Positions 40,088 to 53,747 of a stretch of DNA of 64,000 nucleotides are shown piece after piece; position 1 is the first letter of the stretch, and each line of letters starts with the position of its first letter. The notes beneath the pieces were generated by a model. That model saw only the letters and a program-made list of their open reading frames with translations, was not told where the DNA came from and searched no databases. The stretch comes from Eledone cirrhosa (taxonomy: Eukaryota): assembly GCA_964016885.1 (NCBI GenBank), contig OZ024754.1, positions 4,402,001 to 4,466,000 of the forward strand, read 5' to 3'. The translations under genes were made by a program, and so were the position numbers.

Positions 40088-41361
40088 TAGACTTCGAGGG
40101 TAAGCTGAAAGGTTCATAAGTTTGAAACAGCGCTTGGGAGTGAATTTGTTTAGACAGAAACTGATTTAACGTCCGTCAGATTGAGAGTACCAGTAATTCA
40201 ATAGTGCAGCTTTATCGCACTGTGTTACTGTATTCTACATGACAATTATATAAATGATACACGTGTGTATGGAACACCTAGCAAATTTCCAAATGAATTC
40301 AATGTTCAGCTGCTCCAGCAATAGGTTGTTCATACGTCATTCTGAATGGACGAGTCCATCATTAATAAAGTAAGGCTTATTTTGATAAGCGTATCTCGTA
40401 CTGACATTAATTACAAAACAAAATAATTACCATACCAAGCAGCCATATGAAATAGTCTCGAAGCAATGATGCTTACAAACGGTGTCGCATCAGATAATGA
40501 GGTGTTCAGAAAAGATTAAAATTCTTCTTATAACCAATAGAACAGAACATTCTATCACAATTAAAATGTGTCATCATGTCATCCTACAGAAAAATCAGTC
40601 AAGGTTCCTTCACTCCTAATGGCGCTGTAGAGGTGCCGCCTTCATTCGTTTAAGCATGGAGGAGCCAACTCCACGATATGTCGGAACAGAGCCAATTTCG
40701 TTCAGAGAAACAGAGAAATAGGGAAAGGTCAAGCCAATACTGGTCTGTTGATTTATTTAATAATCTCCAAAGGATGGAAAGCAAATCTGACCGCGACAGA
40801 TAGTATTTGTAAATAAAGTTTCTTATATAAAATTATGCTGGAATATTCTAGATTAAAATGGGTGGGTTTGTTTTTTTATGTATTCTTGTTCTTTCAGACT
40901 CTTAACTCCAGGTAAACGAGAGTGAGCTCTGCACTTTATCTTACTCGTGCCAGCAGAGAAACACGAACGTAAAGCGTTGATGTTCACTTGATAAATAGAC
41001 GCAAATGCTTAACAAAGCTTAACTATTTTATTAGTTAATCAGAAAATGAAATGTGAATTTGAATTAATATATATATTTCACTATATCTATTAGAGCATGT
41101 CGATTTGAATAGGGGCTATATGGCATGGTGGTCGTATTTACACAACAATAAACAAGTCGACTTGTTTATCTAGACTTAATTCATAGCTAGCTTTATCTTT
41201 CATTTTCTATCTGATATTTCACCTTTGTTTAGTTTACCCACCACCCCCATCAACTTCGTCCACCTCCTGAAAGGAGATTTTTATCAGTACAATTATTTCA
41301 CACATTATGAATAATAGAAATAGCAGCCAAGCCTCCGGTTTGAAGCATATCTCTGAGAGAT

Positions 41362-41670
41362 ATGCTTCAGCTTCTTGCCCATAGATGTTCTGTCACCTCA
41401 CTCTCCTTGTCCTACTGCTGCCTAAATGGCCTCTGTATCTCGGAACTGGTTGATCTCGTTATATCTCCATTCAAGCTTTCTCACTTCACTCTTTTATGCA
41501 TCTTTCATCACCCATATTGTGCCCAACCTCCAAGACAACATTAGTCCCTACGCCCTGTCGTTTCTTCTCAGAGCTTCGGCCCTCCGCAATTCTTTCTCTA
41601 TACATGTCTTCCCCGCAGAAGTCGGCATGCAACAGTTTAAACTGAGCATCTCTTTGATCTCGGAGGACCT
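41362..41670 (+). mobile_element. Decayed 3' coding end of a CR1/L2/Jockey-group LINE
   Basis: LQLLAHRCSVTSLSLSYCCLNGLCISEL...HPY and SFLLRASALRNSFSIHVFP....QQFK resemble the conserved LINE C-terminal motifs. Confidence 0.55.
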
Positions 41671-42706
41671 GTAACAGTCATAGGGCACAGCCCTTCCATC
41701 CAGAATAGGTTTTTTTTCTTTTTTTTTCTCTAAAATAGTGTAAACTTCATGTCTAGAATACTTTTGATTCAAGGTCAGCTCGATCAAAATAAAAACAACA
41801 TAAATACAACTACTATTACAGTATAAATGTTTGACAACAGAAGTAAAAGCAAATGCCGCAATAATATTTTACGTGGCGCTCTACCAATTCCGCCAATCCA
41901 CAATCAATAACATTTGTGAGTATTGATTGCTAATTTAGTCACAAGGCCCGAAACTTTGGGAGAAGGGAGAGGTAAGCAAATCAACTCCAGTACCTGAATG
42001 GTTCTTTATTTTAAAGGCCGAAACACATTCTTAAGGGAGTGGTGGGGAAGGGGGGGTCTTCTCTAAAGACCTTCTGCTGCCCAGCTCTCCCGAGAGTTCC
42101 TTACCACTATCAACTTCGGAAGGATGAAAGACAAAGATGACCGTTGCGGTATTTGAACTCTGTACAAACAAAACAATACCATTTTATCTGAAATTCTATC
42201 ATTTCGGCCAATCTTCCAACTTTAGCGAATATCAAAATCTTAAATGCACACATATATTTGGTTTACAAAACTGAAATTGTGTGAGCATAAAAAAAAAACT
42301 TGTATGACGTGACTCTGATAAATTTTTTACATAGATTTAATTGAAATTTTAGAACACAATTTGACCTCGTAAAATATAATGTGAACGTCTAGGATATATT
42401 TGTTCATGACAACGGATTAGATCTGGTTGCCTGTCATGACTGAGGCCAGACATTATTTCAACTATGGACAATATAACACACTCTGCTAGGTTTCTATTCT
42501 TAATAACAACAGAATGACCCAATAAATGTGTTAAAAATAAACAAAAATTATATTTAAAATATATAAAATGTATGTAGTCTAGCCAAGTCTGCTTGGACAG
42601 TGTCTGGTCTGTACCATTTCATAACTATCTATTCGTCTGTCTCAATGTCCGTCCGTCTGTTTCTCTATCTTGTTTTGCCCGTCTGTCAATCCACACACCT
42701 ATCAAC

Positions 42707-42739
<33 letters not shown>

Positions 42740-42802
42740 CAACTATCTCTGTGTCTGTAGGTCTGTTTATAGGTAAATCTGTCGTCCTATCTATCTGTCT
42801 GC

Positions 42803-43525
42803 ACTGCTCGGTGAAACTCTGGGCGTAGAGGAAGACGAACTGGCCAGTCTGTTCGGTAGGACCTTCCGCCCGGGACCGATGGACAAATTCCAAAAGTCCC
42901 TGGCCTGGCAATGCTACCGAGGAGCTCTACCAGTTCGAGACAAGCTCTACAAACATGGGCGTCCGAGCAGGGACCCTGCAAAAAAGATCTGTCCGAGGTG
43001 CGTACGCGACGAAGAAACCGTCGCGCACGCATTCATACACTGCCCGGGCGTCACCGACCTGTGGGGCTATGTAGAACGACTATTGTCGCGGGTGGGACCA
43101 ATCCGGTTGACCACCGAGTCCATTGTCATGATCAAACCGCCACCCTCCTTCAAAAACGAAGGAGAGGCGGTTTTCCTTTGTGTGATAGCTATGGCGAAAG
43201 AGGTTGTACCCCAGCAAGTTTTATGAAAGGTGGGTGAAAGTGGCGAGAATGGCCCGAGTGAATGGGCCTTCTCTCTATATCAGCCTGTAGGTTGAGGAAA
43301 AGGAGGAGGATAGGAAAGGAGTACAAACTCTTCGTACTCCTGAAGATGAGGGTTGCACATTTTTTCGGGGGTATGTGTTACCCATATGAACTGTCTCCCT
43401 CTATTGGGGAAAATCGACTAATTTTTAAATTACATTTGTGATAATATTTTACACGTTTTTATTGCATGTAAACTTCCCCCTTTGTATTTGTCCCCTTCTT
43501 TTGTGCCCCTGTGGCTAATAAAAAA
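42803..43525 (+). mobile_element. 3' fragment of an L1/Tx1-clade LINE (zf-RVT domain) in (TCTG)n/(TCTA)n
   Basis: ORF 42879-43226: AWQCYRGALPVRDKL...CPRCVRDEETVAHAFIHC...W (CxxC-H-C); GC-rich island; ends AATAAAAAA. Confidence 0.8.
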
Positions 43526-43529
43526 TCAT

Positions 43530-44325
43530 ATCTATCTGTCTGTCTGTTTGACCGCTTATCTCTCTGTCCACCAGTCTGTCTCTCCACCCATCTCTGTGTC
43601 TACTTATTTGTATATATGTCCGCCTATCTATCTATCTATCTATCTGTCTGTCTGTCTGTCTCTCCAGCTATCTCTGTGTCTGTCTGTCAGGCTGTCTGTT
43701 TGTCGACCTATCCACCTGTCTGTCTGTCCAGCTATCCCTGTGTCTGCCTGTCGACCTCTCCACCTGTCTGTCTACTTATCTACCTGTCTGTCCAGATATA
43801 TATATGTGTCTGCCGGTTTATCTGCCAGTAGGTCTGTCTGTCCAGCTGTCTCTGTATCTGTCTGTTTGTCGACTTATCTACCTGTCTGTCTGTCCAGCTA
43901 TCTATGTGTCTGCCTGTCGACCTCTCCACCTGTCTGTCTGTCCAGCTATCTATGTGTCTGCCTGTCGACCTCTCCACCTGTCTGTCTACTTATCTACCTG
44001 TCTGTCCAGAGATATATATGTGTCTGCCGGTTTATCTGCCAGTAGGTCTGTCTGTCTAGCTGTCTCTGTATCTGTCTGTTTGTCGACCTATCTACCTGTC
44101 TGTCTGTCCAGCTATCTATGTGTCTGCCTGTAGACCTATCCACCTGTCTGTCTACTTATCTACCTGTCTGTCTGTCCAGATATATATATGTGTCTGCCAG
44201 TCTGTCTGCCAGTAGGTCTGTCTGTCCAGCTATATCTGTGTCTGTCTGTCTGTCTGTCCAGATATATCTGTGTCTGCCAGTCTGTCTGCCTGTCCACCTA
44301 TCTCTGCCCGTCTGTCCGTCTGTCT
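43530..44325. repeat. Higher-order repeat derived from (TCTG)n
   Basis: Repeated TGTCGACCTCTCCACCTGTCTG and CCGGTTTATCTGCCAGTAGG blocks. Confidence 0.85.
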
Positions 44326-44896
44326 AGACCTCTTTGTATCAAACACGTCATGCTTTCTTCTCATGTTATATACAGATGATAGTGTTTTATGTTTTGTTTG
44401 TTAGAGTTTCATTTATTAAAAAGAAAAAAATAGAAAAATACAAAACAACCTTTTATTCATATTGAGGACGAGGTCAAGCCATGCTTTCCGAGGTTTGGCT
44501 TCTTTATTCGATATTTTCTTGTTAAACCTCAGCATGATATATGTTAACTGATGCGTTCCATTATTTGACCCACTCCTTATCACCTTCTATACACGTCACT
44601 ACCGCCACCCTCTCTCACTGTTTATCTCTTTAATCTATTTTTTCTCTCTCTATTGATCCTTGTCTGTCTGTTTTACTCTCTTACTCATTCACTCTCTCTC
44701 TCTCTCTCTTTCTTTGCCTATCTGTCTCTTCGCTTCTCTTGACGATTTCTCATATATATATATATACATATAATTCATAAACCCATAAAAACCTATACCT
44801 AAACTATAAATACTTATGTGTATAGTATATATATAAGTAAACATACACATACGCACATACTTATATGTATATACTAGTTTCATTCGTGTCTGTGAT

Positions 44897-44976
<80 letters not shown>

Positions 44977-45405
44977 GTGGGAGCCTAAATTAGTCACGTT
45001 TCAAGTCTATTGTGGTCGTTTTTATTTATTCATACAAAATAGTTGGTCGACAGTAACGACCAGCTAATCGACCAGTGAAACATACATACATAAAAGTGTC
45101 CGAGTAAACACAGTACACATTCTTGAGGTTTTAACCTAGCACTTTACTTGTATAGACAGAAAGGGTGTGGCATTTTACACGAACTTTCTAGATCTTTCCC
45201 TGCACGTGAACTCAACATGGTCACTACTGCTCTCACGGTTTTTGGTAATAATTTCGCCCAAAAAATTCTAAAAATAAGTTTGTCAATTGAATGTTTATAG
45301 CAGTGGTTTCTAAAATGGGTTCTGCAGAACCCAAGGGTTCCGAAAAGGAGTGACTGGGGGTGAAAGAAAAGGTAGAGGAGTATATTTATATTACGACAAT
45401 ATAAC

Positions 45406-45810
45406 AGTGTGGCTGGGTGGTTAGAGAATTAGATTCGCATTTGTGAGGTTGTGAGTTCGATCCCGGACCGGGCGATGCGTTTTGTTCTTAGGCAAGACAC
45501 ATTATTTCACGTTGCTGTGGATTGGCAGTATCGGTAGAGGGTCGGACGCCATGCTTTCCAGCATAGTTACGTCCCTTTACGATCTGAGTTCAAATCCCGC
45601 CGAGGTTGACTTTGCCTTTCATCCTTACGGGGTCGATAAAATAAAGTACCAGTAATGCACTGGGTAATTGCTGGCCTTGTGCCTAAAGTAGAAACAATTA
45701 TTTCACGTTGCTCCTTCTACCTGGAGTTGCGACCGACAGATAGTATTAGCAATTGGAAAGACCAATGGAAACATTGTTTCTTCGGCCCGATTTGGCGAAA
45801 GTCGATCGAC
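45406..45810 (+). mobile_element. SINE family C interrupted by a family B SINE
   Basis: Head GTGTGGCTGGGTGG..GAGTTCGATCCC; body resumes at 45713. Confidence 0.88.
45517..45696 (+). mobile_element. SINE family B nested insertion with 16-bp TSD
   Basis: ATTATTTCACGTTGCT at 45501-45516 and 45697-45712. Confidence 0.92.
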
Positions 45811-46480
45811 TGTTGAACAGTATTAGACTGTTGGGAAAATCTGGTTTATAGTATACTTTTACTGGTGGACGGATTGTTGTGGAAATATGCAGTAAATTAA
45901 TGTAAAGGTTTTAATTTCTAATATGAAGTAGTCCGAGGGATGATTTGTACTTTCCAAGAATGTCTATCTAATGTGTTTTTATATGGTACAGCGTGTTAAA
46001 AGTGAAGGTTCACATCTCTGTGTTTTACTTAGTTACGTATAGGTTAATTTCACGGGTAAGCTCATCCGTTGTTCAAGCAATTGGTATAATCGTCATTGAC
46101 CTAGATGGAGGACTGGGGTACACATACAATCCCATGCACTTGCTCTCTCCCTTTCATTCTGTCTTTCTCTCCAGATTAATAGAATTTAAAAATAAAATTA
46201 GAATCTTATTTCTCGCCCTAGCACAGCTGATACATAAATGTAAGTATGCATACGAACCCATACACACACATACACTCACACACACACACATATATATATA
46301 TATGTATCTATGGATATATACACACACGCATATATATATACATATACATATGTACGTATGGGTTATATCGAATATTAATAATAATATTCGATTCATTTGT
46401 AAACAAACGGCCCAGTTAAAGCTGTGCCGTCTATGACAAATCGTCTCATCATCCGTTTGTTCTACACTGGCATTGAGGAA

Positions 46481-46521
46481 CAATCAACATATTTCTGGGC
46501 CATTACCCTTCATCAGGACTG
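46481..46521 (-). ncRNA. Minimal hammerhead ribozyme motif
   Basis: CAGTC-CTGATGA-AGGG-taatgg-CCCA-GAAA-TATG-TT^GATTG. Confidence 0.7.
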
Positions 46522-46734
46522 TATATCTCTGCCAATCTGTTGAACGGTTGAAAATATATACTAATTTCTCAGAATAAATGTATACACTCTATTTGCTTAC
46601 ATTGAGTACTTTTATTTCTTGATTGTAAAACTGTAAACTCAGACTCTTATGATTGTGTATGTGTATTTCTATATAGAATCCTGTACAATATTCTAAGACC
46701 TTTTCAGTCTTAACCTCTTTCTCTCTCTCTCTCT

Positions 46735-46796
<62 letters not shown>

Positions 46797-47514
46797 TGTG
46801 TGTGTGTGTGTCTATATGAACATTTGATGTATATATGGGTTATATATATATTCTCTACTTTACTATATGGATTACTTATTTTATCCATTTACCTCAATCA
46901 AATACACAAATACTCAAACATACACACACAAACACTCACTGACAGAGATATTCCCTTACATACAGTGCAGCAGCGATAATACGTTTTGACATACTATCAT
47001 ACAGAGGGACGTATTCAAACACGATATGTTTTCTAAAACACACAGATGAACTTATACGGCGATACAAATAGTCACACACATATACATCCACTCAAATATA
47101 CACCTATATATATACACGAATCTTGCCCCCAGCTAAAGCGTGTTTCCCTTTACTCAAGAGTCTCTTTGCTTTCAGCTATGTTTAAAACTCAGTTTGTTTC
47201 CCACAGCTGCGCCCTACCTCGAACGAAGAAAGAAACAAAAGCAAGGACAAGATTATAATAAAATCAATCCCGACAAAAATAGCAACAAGAACAATAATAG
47301 GGGTATAGATAATTTCTTTTTTTTTTTTCTTCTTCTCCTGTGTTGTAGCCATTATGTCCACCACAAACACCGTCTCTAGGAATAACTTACCGCCAACCTC
47401 ACCAGTATAAGGTCAACCACAAGCACAACACCAACGGCAATCACCAGTCACACCATTAACACCAACAACACCACCACCAGCAACATATCTAGTACCACTG
47501 TGAACAACACCAAT

Positions 47515-47735
47515 AATTATTTCTGATTTAGGCACAAGGCCAACAATTTTGGGGTAAGGGGAAAGTCGATTAAATCGACCCCAGTGTGTTACTGGTACTT
47601 ACTTTATTTTATCAACCCCCGTAAGGAGGAAAGGCAAAAATTACATCGGTGGGATTTGAACTCAGAACTGAAAGGGCCATAACTATGCTGCAAAGTATGC
47701 TGTCTGGCCCTCTAACTATACTGCCAATCTACCAC
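47515..47735 (-). mobile_element. SINE family B, long variant
   Basis: Homology to 13217-13434. Confidence 0.82.
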
Positions 47736-49476
47736 CAAAAATAAACGGTCATCTTTCTCTATTTTCTTCGGTTGTTCGAAATAGCAGCCAAATCACCCTT
47801 GAAATCACACCCTGCGCTCTCTAAGAAATCTAAGCGCACGATGGACAAAGTAGTCAGAGATAGGCTACTATAATTCAAGACCAGATTGTCACAATTGAAA
47901 TGAGAATAATTAGCCTGCTAAATAAAGACTGATTTGGACTAAACGACAACAAGATCTACAAGTATTTCCCACCCATCTGTTTTCAATCAACTGCTGAATG
48001 AGGACTGAGCAACAATGTTGGTTTTAGGCCCATATGTCCAACCTTGACGATTGAGGGTGGGGCAGCAATTGAAATTCGAACTCAATTAATGCAAAGACCG
48101 CAAAGCATCGTGACCGATGTCCTAACCATCCATTCAGTCACCACCCCTGGACTAGTACTCTATCTATAAACCCCGGAAGCAGGAAAAGTAAGGATGATTT
48201 CGGAGAGATTTGAAATAGTCCACCGCCCCAGGATATTGTAGTTCTAGATACACTACTTGAATAGAAGAAAATAGACAAGAGTCTCGGCTAAAGCAGCACA
48301 ATTATAGTCCTAGTCTATCAGGGCTAGCCTGGGGCTAAACAACAAAAGTGGACATTAAAATACTTGTAATACAAACAGACCCAAAGCACAATCATAACTA
48401 TCATTCTCAAAATGTTACGGCCTCACAACCCGCACAACGCCACCAACAGACGACTACAAACAGCGACAATAACAACAACAACAACAACACATCAATGTCA
48501 CTCACAACCAACTCAATATTAACAATATCTTTATGTCCAACACCTAAAAATAACCTCCACTATCATATTTACTACTTCTCCACCGTTACCATTATTATTA
48601 TTACCCAGATCGCCACCAATACCATTACCACCTACACTAACACCACCACCACTATCCTATTTCCATTAATATCACCTCTACTACAACCACCAACTCCACA
48701 CCTCCCATTAGCACTAACGACACTACCACCTCCACAACTACCCAACCATCTCTATGTCCAATTCTTACAACCACCATCAGTTCAAAAACCATTGTTACTA
48801 CTATTAATGCTTTAAACAAGTCAAAAAGTGAGCATCTACGTAATCCCATGACCTGCTAAAAATAGCAGCTAAATCGTCATCAAATCAAGCCTCCACCATT
48901 TCCGAAACGTTCGTACTAGAAACGTTAGTCTATGTAGTCACGTATACCTTAAAACAAAATAAAAACAGGGTGGTCACGGCTAGAAAGCTTTTGATCATCA
49001 GATCTGTTCACTTACAGCTAACCAGAGAAGAAGAAGAAGAAGAAGAAGAAGAAGAAGAAGAAGAAGAAGAAGAAGAAGAAGAAGAAGAAGAAGAAAAGAG
49101 GAAGAAGAAAAAAAGAAAAAGAACAACAACAACAACAAGACGAAGAAAACGAAGAAGATTACGAAAAGGAGAAGAGGCAGGTGTGAGGGTGAGGATGAGG
49201 GTAACGGAGGCGACGCTTTTCAGAAATCCATTCAACCCTGAGTCGAATATTGCCTAAAGCAAATAAGTGACCGTAAAAGCCAGCACCATCTTAGATAAAA
49301 TAGAGTGACCACAGTCGAACACCCCAACACCAACACCACTATCATCACCACATAGAAATATAGAAATAAATAGACAATAAGTTTTCTATGTTAAGAAAGA
49401 ACTAGCCATCTCTTTAGATTAGAAAGGCTAATGATAGGATGCCTCATTAGGCAAACTTTCTTTCCTACTGTCCCCA

Positions 49477-49557
<81 letters not shown>

Positions 49558-49610
49558 CAAGTAAGTGTTTGTGTCTATGTATGTATGTGGAGTACGACGT
49601 ATGGACAGAT

Positions 49611-49688
<78 letters not shown>

Positions 49689-49785
49689 TAAATAACAGAT
49701 TAAAGTTTAAGCAAAGAATCGCTGCTTATCGAGCCCTCTTTGGATTTTAGTCTTCAATTTTATTATTATTACTATATATATATAT

Positions 49786-49907
49786 ATAGGAACAAGTATG
49801 ACCCAGTCGGGGTCATACTTGTTCCTATATCCCACTCTACTACTCTAAGTATTGAGTACTTTGGTGCGTTATGGTCCATCTGGTTTCTTACCACATTTCC
49901 TTCGTTA
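49786..49907 (+). mobile_element. Family A tail with fold-back near the ribozyme cleavage site
   Basis: ATAGGAACAAGTATGACCC-agtcg-GGGTCATACTTGTTCCTAT plus family A tail; (TA)n flanks. Confidence 0.78.
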
Positions 49908-50131
49908 TATATATATATATATATGCAGACGGAGGGTGCAGTACACCTTACTGCTGCATTACTGCGGCAGAAACTCGAGTCCGGGAACCATTATAGGCAC
50001 CCGTTTTACGTGTGTTGTGTTGAAGCAAATAACTATGTGTATACTCTGGGAATGTATCTAACATTGCCCATGGAGTACGCCGAGATACAACCGGTCCTGG
50101 CATTGATAAATATGCTGGGTCCGTCAACTAC

Positions 50132-50172
<41 letters not shown>

Positions 50173-50278
50173 TATATACGTGTGAAGTGTATGTATATTT
50201 ACATACACACATTCACACGTATTTGCATATATATGTGTGCGTACGTATGTATCTATGTATGTGTGCATGAAAATATAC

Positions 50279-50330
<52 letters not shown>

Positions 50331-50455
50331 ATGTGTGTATAGAGAGAGAAAGGGGGAGAAACGAATGGATATATCTATATAGGCGTGTGTGTGTGTATGA
50401 ATGTGTATTTACATATAGGTATGTACACACACACCCACATACATACATACACACA

Positions 50456-50553
50456 CAGGGTGTCCCAAAAATGTATAGACACTTTGATTACCTGTACAGG
50501 CAATATTTATTAGAATGCTGTTGAAGTATGTATACATTTTCAGGAACACCCTG
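50456..50553. mobile_element. 98-bp Tc1/mariner-type MITE
   Basis: TIRs CAGGGTGTCCCAAAAATGTATAGAC and GTATGTATACATTTTCAGGAACACCCTG, followed by TA. Confidence 0.7.
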
Positions 50554-50772
50554 TATATATGTACATACATAGACAGAAATATAAATATGCGTGTATACTT
50601 GTATATCTTATGTGTATATGCATGTATATATATATCTCTATGTATGTATTTATATACAAGTTTAACCAGTTATGCTAATTACGTAGATAATTATCTTATC
50701 AAGATTAAAATAGCTGAAGTTAAATGTATGCATGCTTGTATATGTATGTATTTATGTATGTATGTGTATATA

Positions 50773-51062
50773 TTTTGGATGGCCATTGACTATTAAGAGC
50801 TCCTTTGCCCTTTGACAGGTTTTGTTTTTAGTCCTGCAGGATGTCCAAAGTCACCCTCCTCACCAAGAAACCTTGGTGTGGTTGCCAGTTTAGTCGCCAA
50901 CGACCCGACCATGGGACAGGTTGTACTGGGATACATGTTACCAGTAGCACTAACTGGTGACCTGACATATATATACATACATATATATATACATACATAT
51001 ATATATACATACATATATATATATACATACATATATACATACATATATATATATATACATAC

Positions 51063-51094
<32 letters not shown>

Positions 51095-51924
51095 GCATAT
51101 ATACATACATACATATACATACATATACGCATATATACATACATACATATACATACATATACGCATATATACATACATACATACATACATATATACATAC
51201 ATATATATATATATATACATGGTGGCTGCCAACTCGTTTTCGAGTACGGCCACTACTTTATAACCATGTAGGAGAACCCCTACCGATACGCTGAACGAGT
51301 GTGACTTTTTAGTCCAGCCAGCGACTTGAAAACTCTGGTACAAACACTACACTTGTGACAATTATTGACACATAGTGCTGGGCCCATGGTACCATGTAAT
51401 GACAAGTGCAGAGAGATCTCCAGATACAAAGCAATGCCTGTGCCGTGAAGCTTTTATAGTGAGCAAAGGCACTGCACAAAGCCAGTCCCACTCTCTTAAC
51501 CAAGATGATATTTACCAAAAAGAAGAACAAGTCAACATCATTGGATACCATCAGGGTTGCAGGTGTTATATCAGAGTTTTCCTTCTCCTAGAATTCTGCC
51601 TTGACAAAGGCTAAGGGGTCATCTCTCCCGGTGATTTTGGATGGCCATTGACTCTTAAGAGCTCCTTTGCCCTTTGACAGGTTTTGTTTTTAGTCCTGCA
51701 GGATGTCCAAAGTCACCCTCCTCACCAAGAAACCTTGGTGTGGTTGCCAGTTTAGTCGCCAACGACCCGACCATGGGACAGGTTGTACTGGGATACATGT
51801 TACCAGTAGCACTAACTGGTGACCTGACATATATATACATACATATATATATACATACATATATATATACATACATATATATATATACATACATATATAC
51901 ATACATATATATATATATACATAC

Positions 51925-51956
<32 letters not shown>

Positions 51957-53073
51957 GCATATATACATACATACATATACATACATATACGCATATATAC
52001 ATACATACATATACATACATATACGCATATATACATACATACATACATACATATATACATACATATATATATATATATACATGGTGGCTGCCAACTCGTT
52101 TTCGAGTACGGCCACTACTTTATAACCATGTAGGAGAACCCCTACCGATACGCTGAACGAGTGTGACTTTTTAGTCCAGCCAGCGACTTGAAAACTCTGG
52201 TACAAACACTACACTTGTGACAATTATTGACACATAGTGCTGGGCCCATGGTACCATGTAATGACAAGTGCAGAGAGATCTCCAGATACAAAGCAATGCC
52301 TGTGCCGTGAAGCTTTTATAGTGAGCAAAGGCACTGCACAAAGCCAGTCCCACTCTCTTAACCAAGATGATATTTACCAAAAAGAAGAACAAGTCAACAT
52401 CATTGGATACCATCAGGGTTGCAGGTGTTATATCAGAGTTTTCCTTCTCCTAGAATTCTGCCTTGACAAAGGCTAAGGGGTCATCTCTCCCGGTGATTTT
52501 GGATGGCCATTGACTCTTAAGAGCTCCTTTGCCCTTTGACAGGTTTTGTTTTTAGTCCTGCAGGATGTCCAAAGTCACCCTCCTCACCAAGAAACCTTGG
52601 TGTGGTTGCCAGTTTAGTCGCCAACGACCCGACCATGAGACAGGTTGTACTGGGATACATGTTACCAGTAGCACCAAGTGGTGACCTGACATAATATATA
52701 TACATACATATATACATACATACATACATATATACATACATATATATATATATACATATATACATACATATATGCATATATACATACATACATACATATA
52801 TACATACATATATATATATATATATACATACATACATATATACATACATATATATATATATACATATATACATACATATATATATATATACATATATACA
52901 TACATATATATATATACATATATACATACATATATATATATATACATATATACATACATATATATATATATACATATATACATACATATATATATACATA
53001 TATACATACATATATATATACATATATACATACATATATATATACATATATACATACATATATATATACATAT

Positions 53074-53122
<49 letters not shown>

Positions 53123-53181
53123 CATATATGCATATATACATACATATATATATATATATATATACATACATATATGCATAT

Positions 53182-53224
<43 letters not shown>

Positions 53225-53747
53225 CATATATGCATATATACATACATACATACATATATACATACATATATATATATATACACATACATGGTGGCTGCCA
53301 ACTCGTTTTCGAGTACGACCACTACTTTATATCCATGTAGGAGAACCCCTACGGATGAGCTGAATGAGTGTGGCTTTTTAGTCCAGCCAGCGACTTGAAA
53401 ACTCTGGTACAAACACTACACTTGTGACAATTATTGACACATAGTGCTGGGCCCATGGTACCATGTGACGACAAGTGCAGAGAGATCTCCAGATATAAAG
53501 CAATGCCTGTGCCGTGAAGCTTTTATAGTGAGCAAAGGCACTGCACAAAGCCAGTCCCACTCTCTTAACCAAGATGATATTTACCAAAAAGAAGAACAAG
53601 TCAACATCATTGGATACCATCAGGGTTGTAGGTGTTATATTAAAGTTTTCTTCTCCTAGAATTCTGCCTTCACAAAGGGTAAGGGGTCATCTCTCCCAGT
53701 GATTTTGGATGGCCATTGACTCTTAAGAGCTCCTTTGCCCTTTGACA
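50773..53747 (-). mobile_element. Tandem array (862-bp period; third unit 1206 bp) of a non-coding RTE-derived bipartite element with (ATGT/AT)n tails
   Basis: TTTTGGATGGCCATTGACT recurs at 50773, 51635, 52497 and 53703; the element matches both UTR ends of the LINE at 1-4360. Confidence 0.88.
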
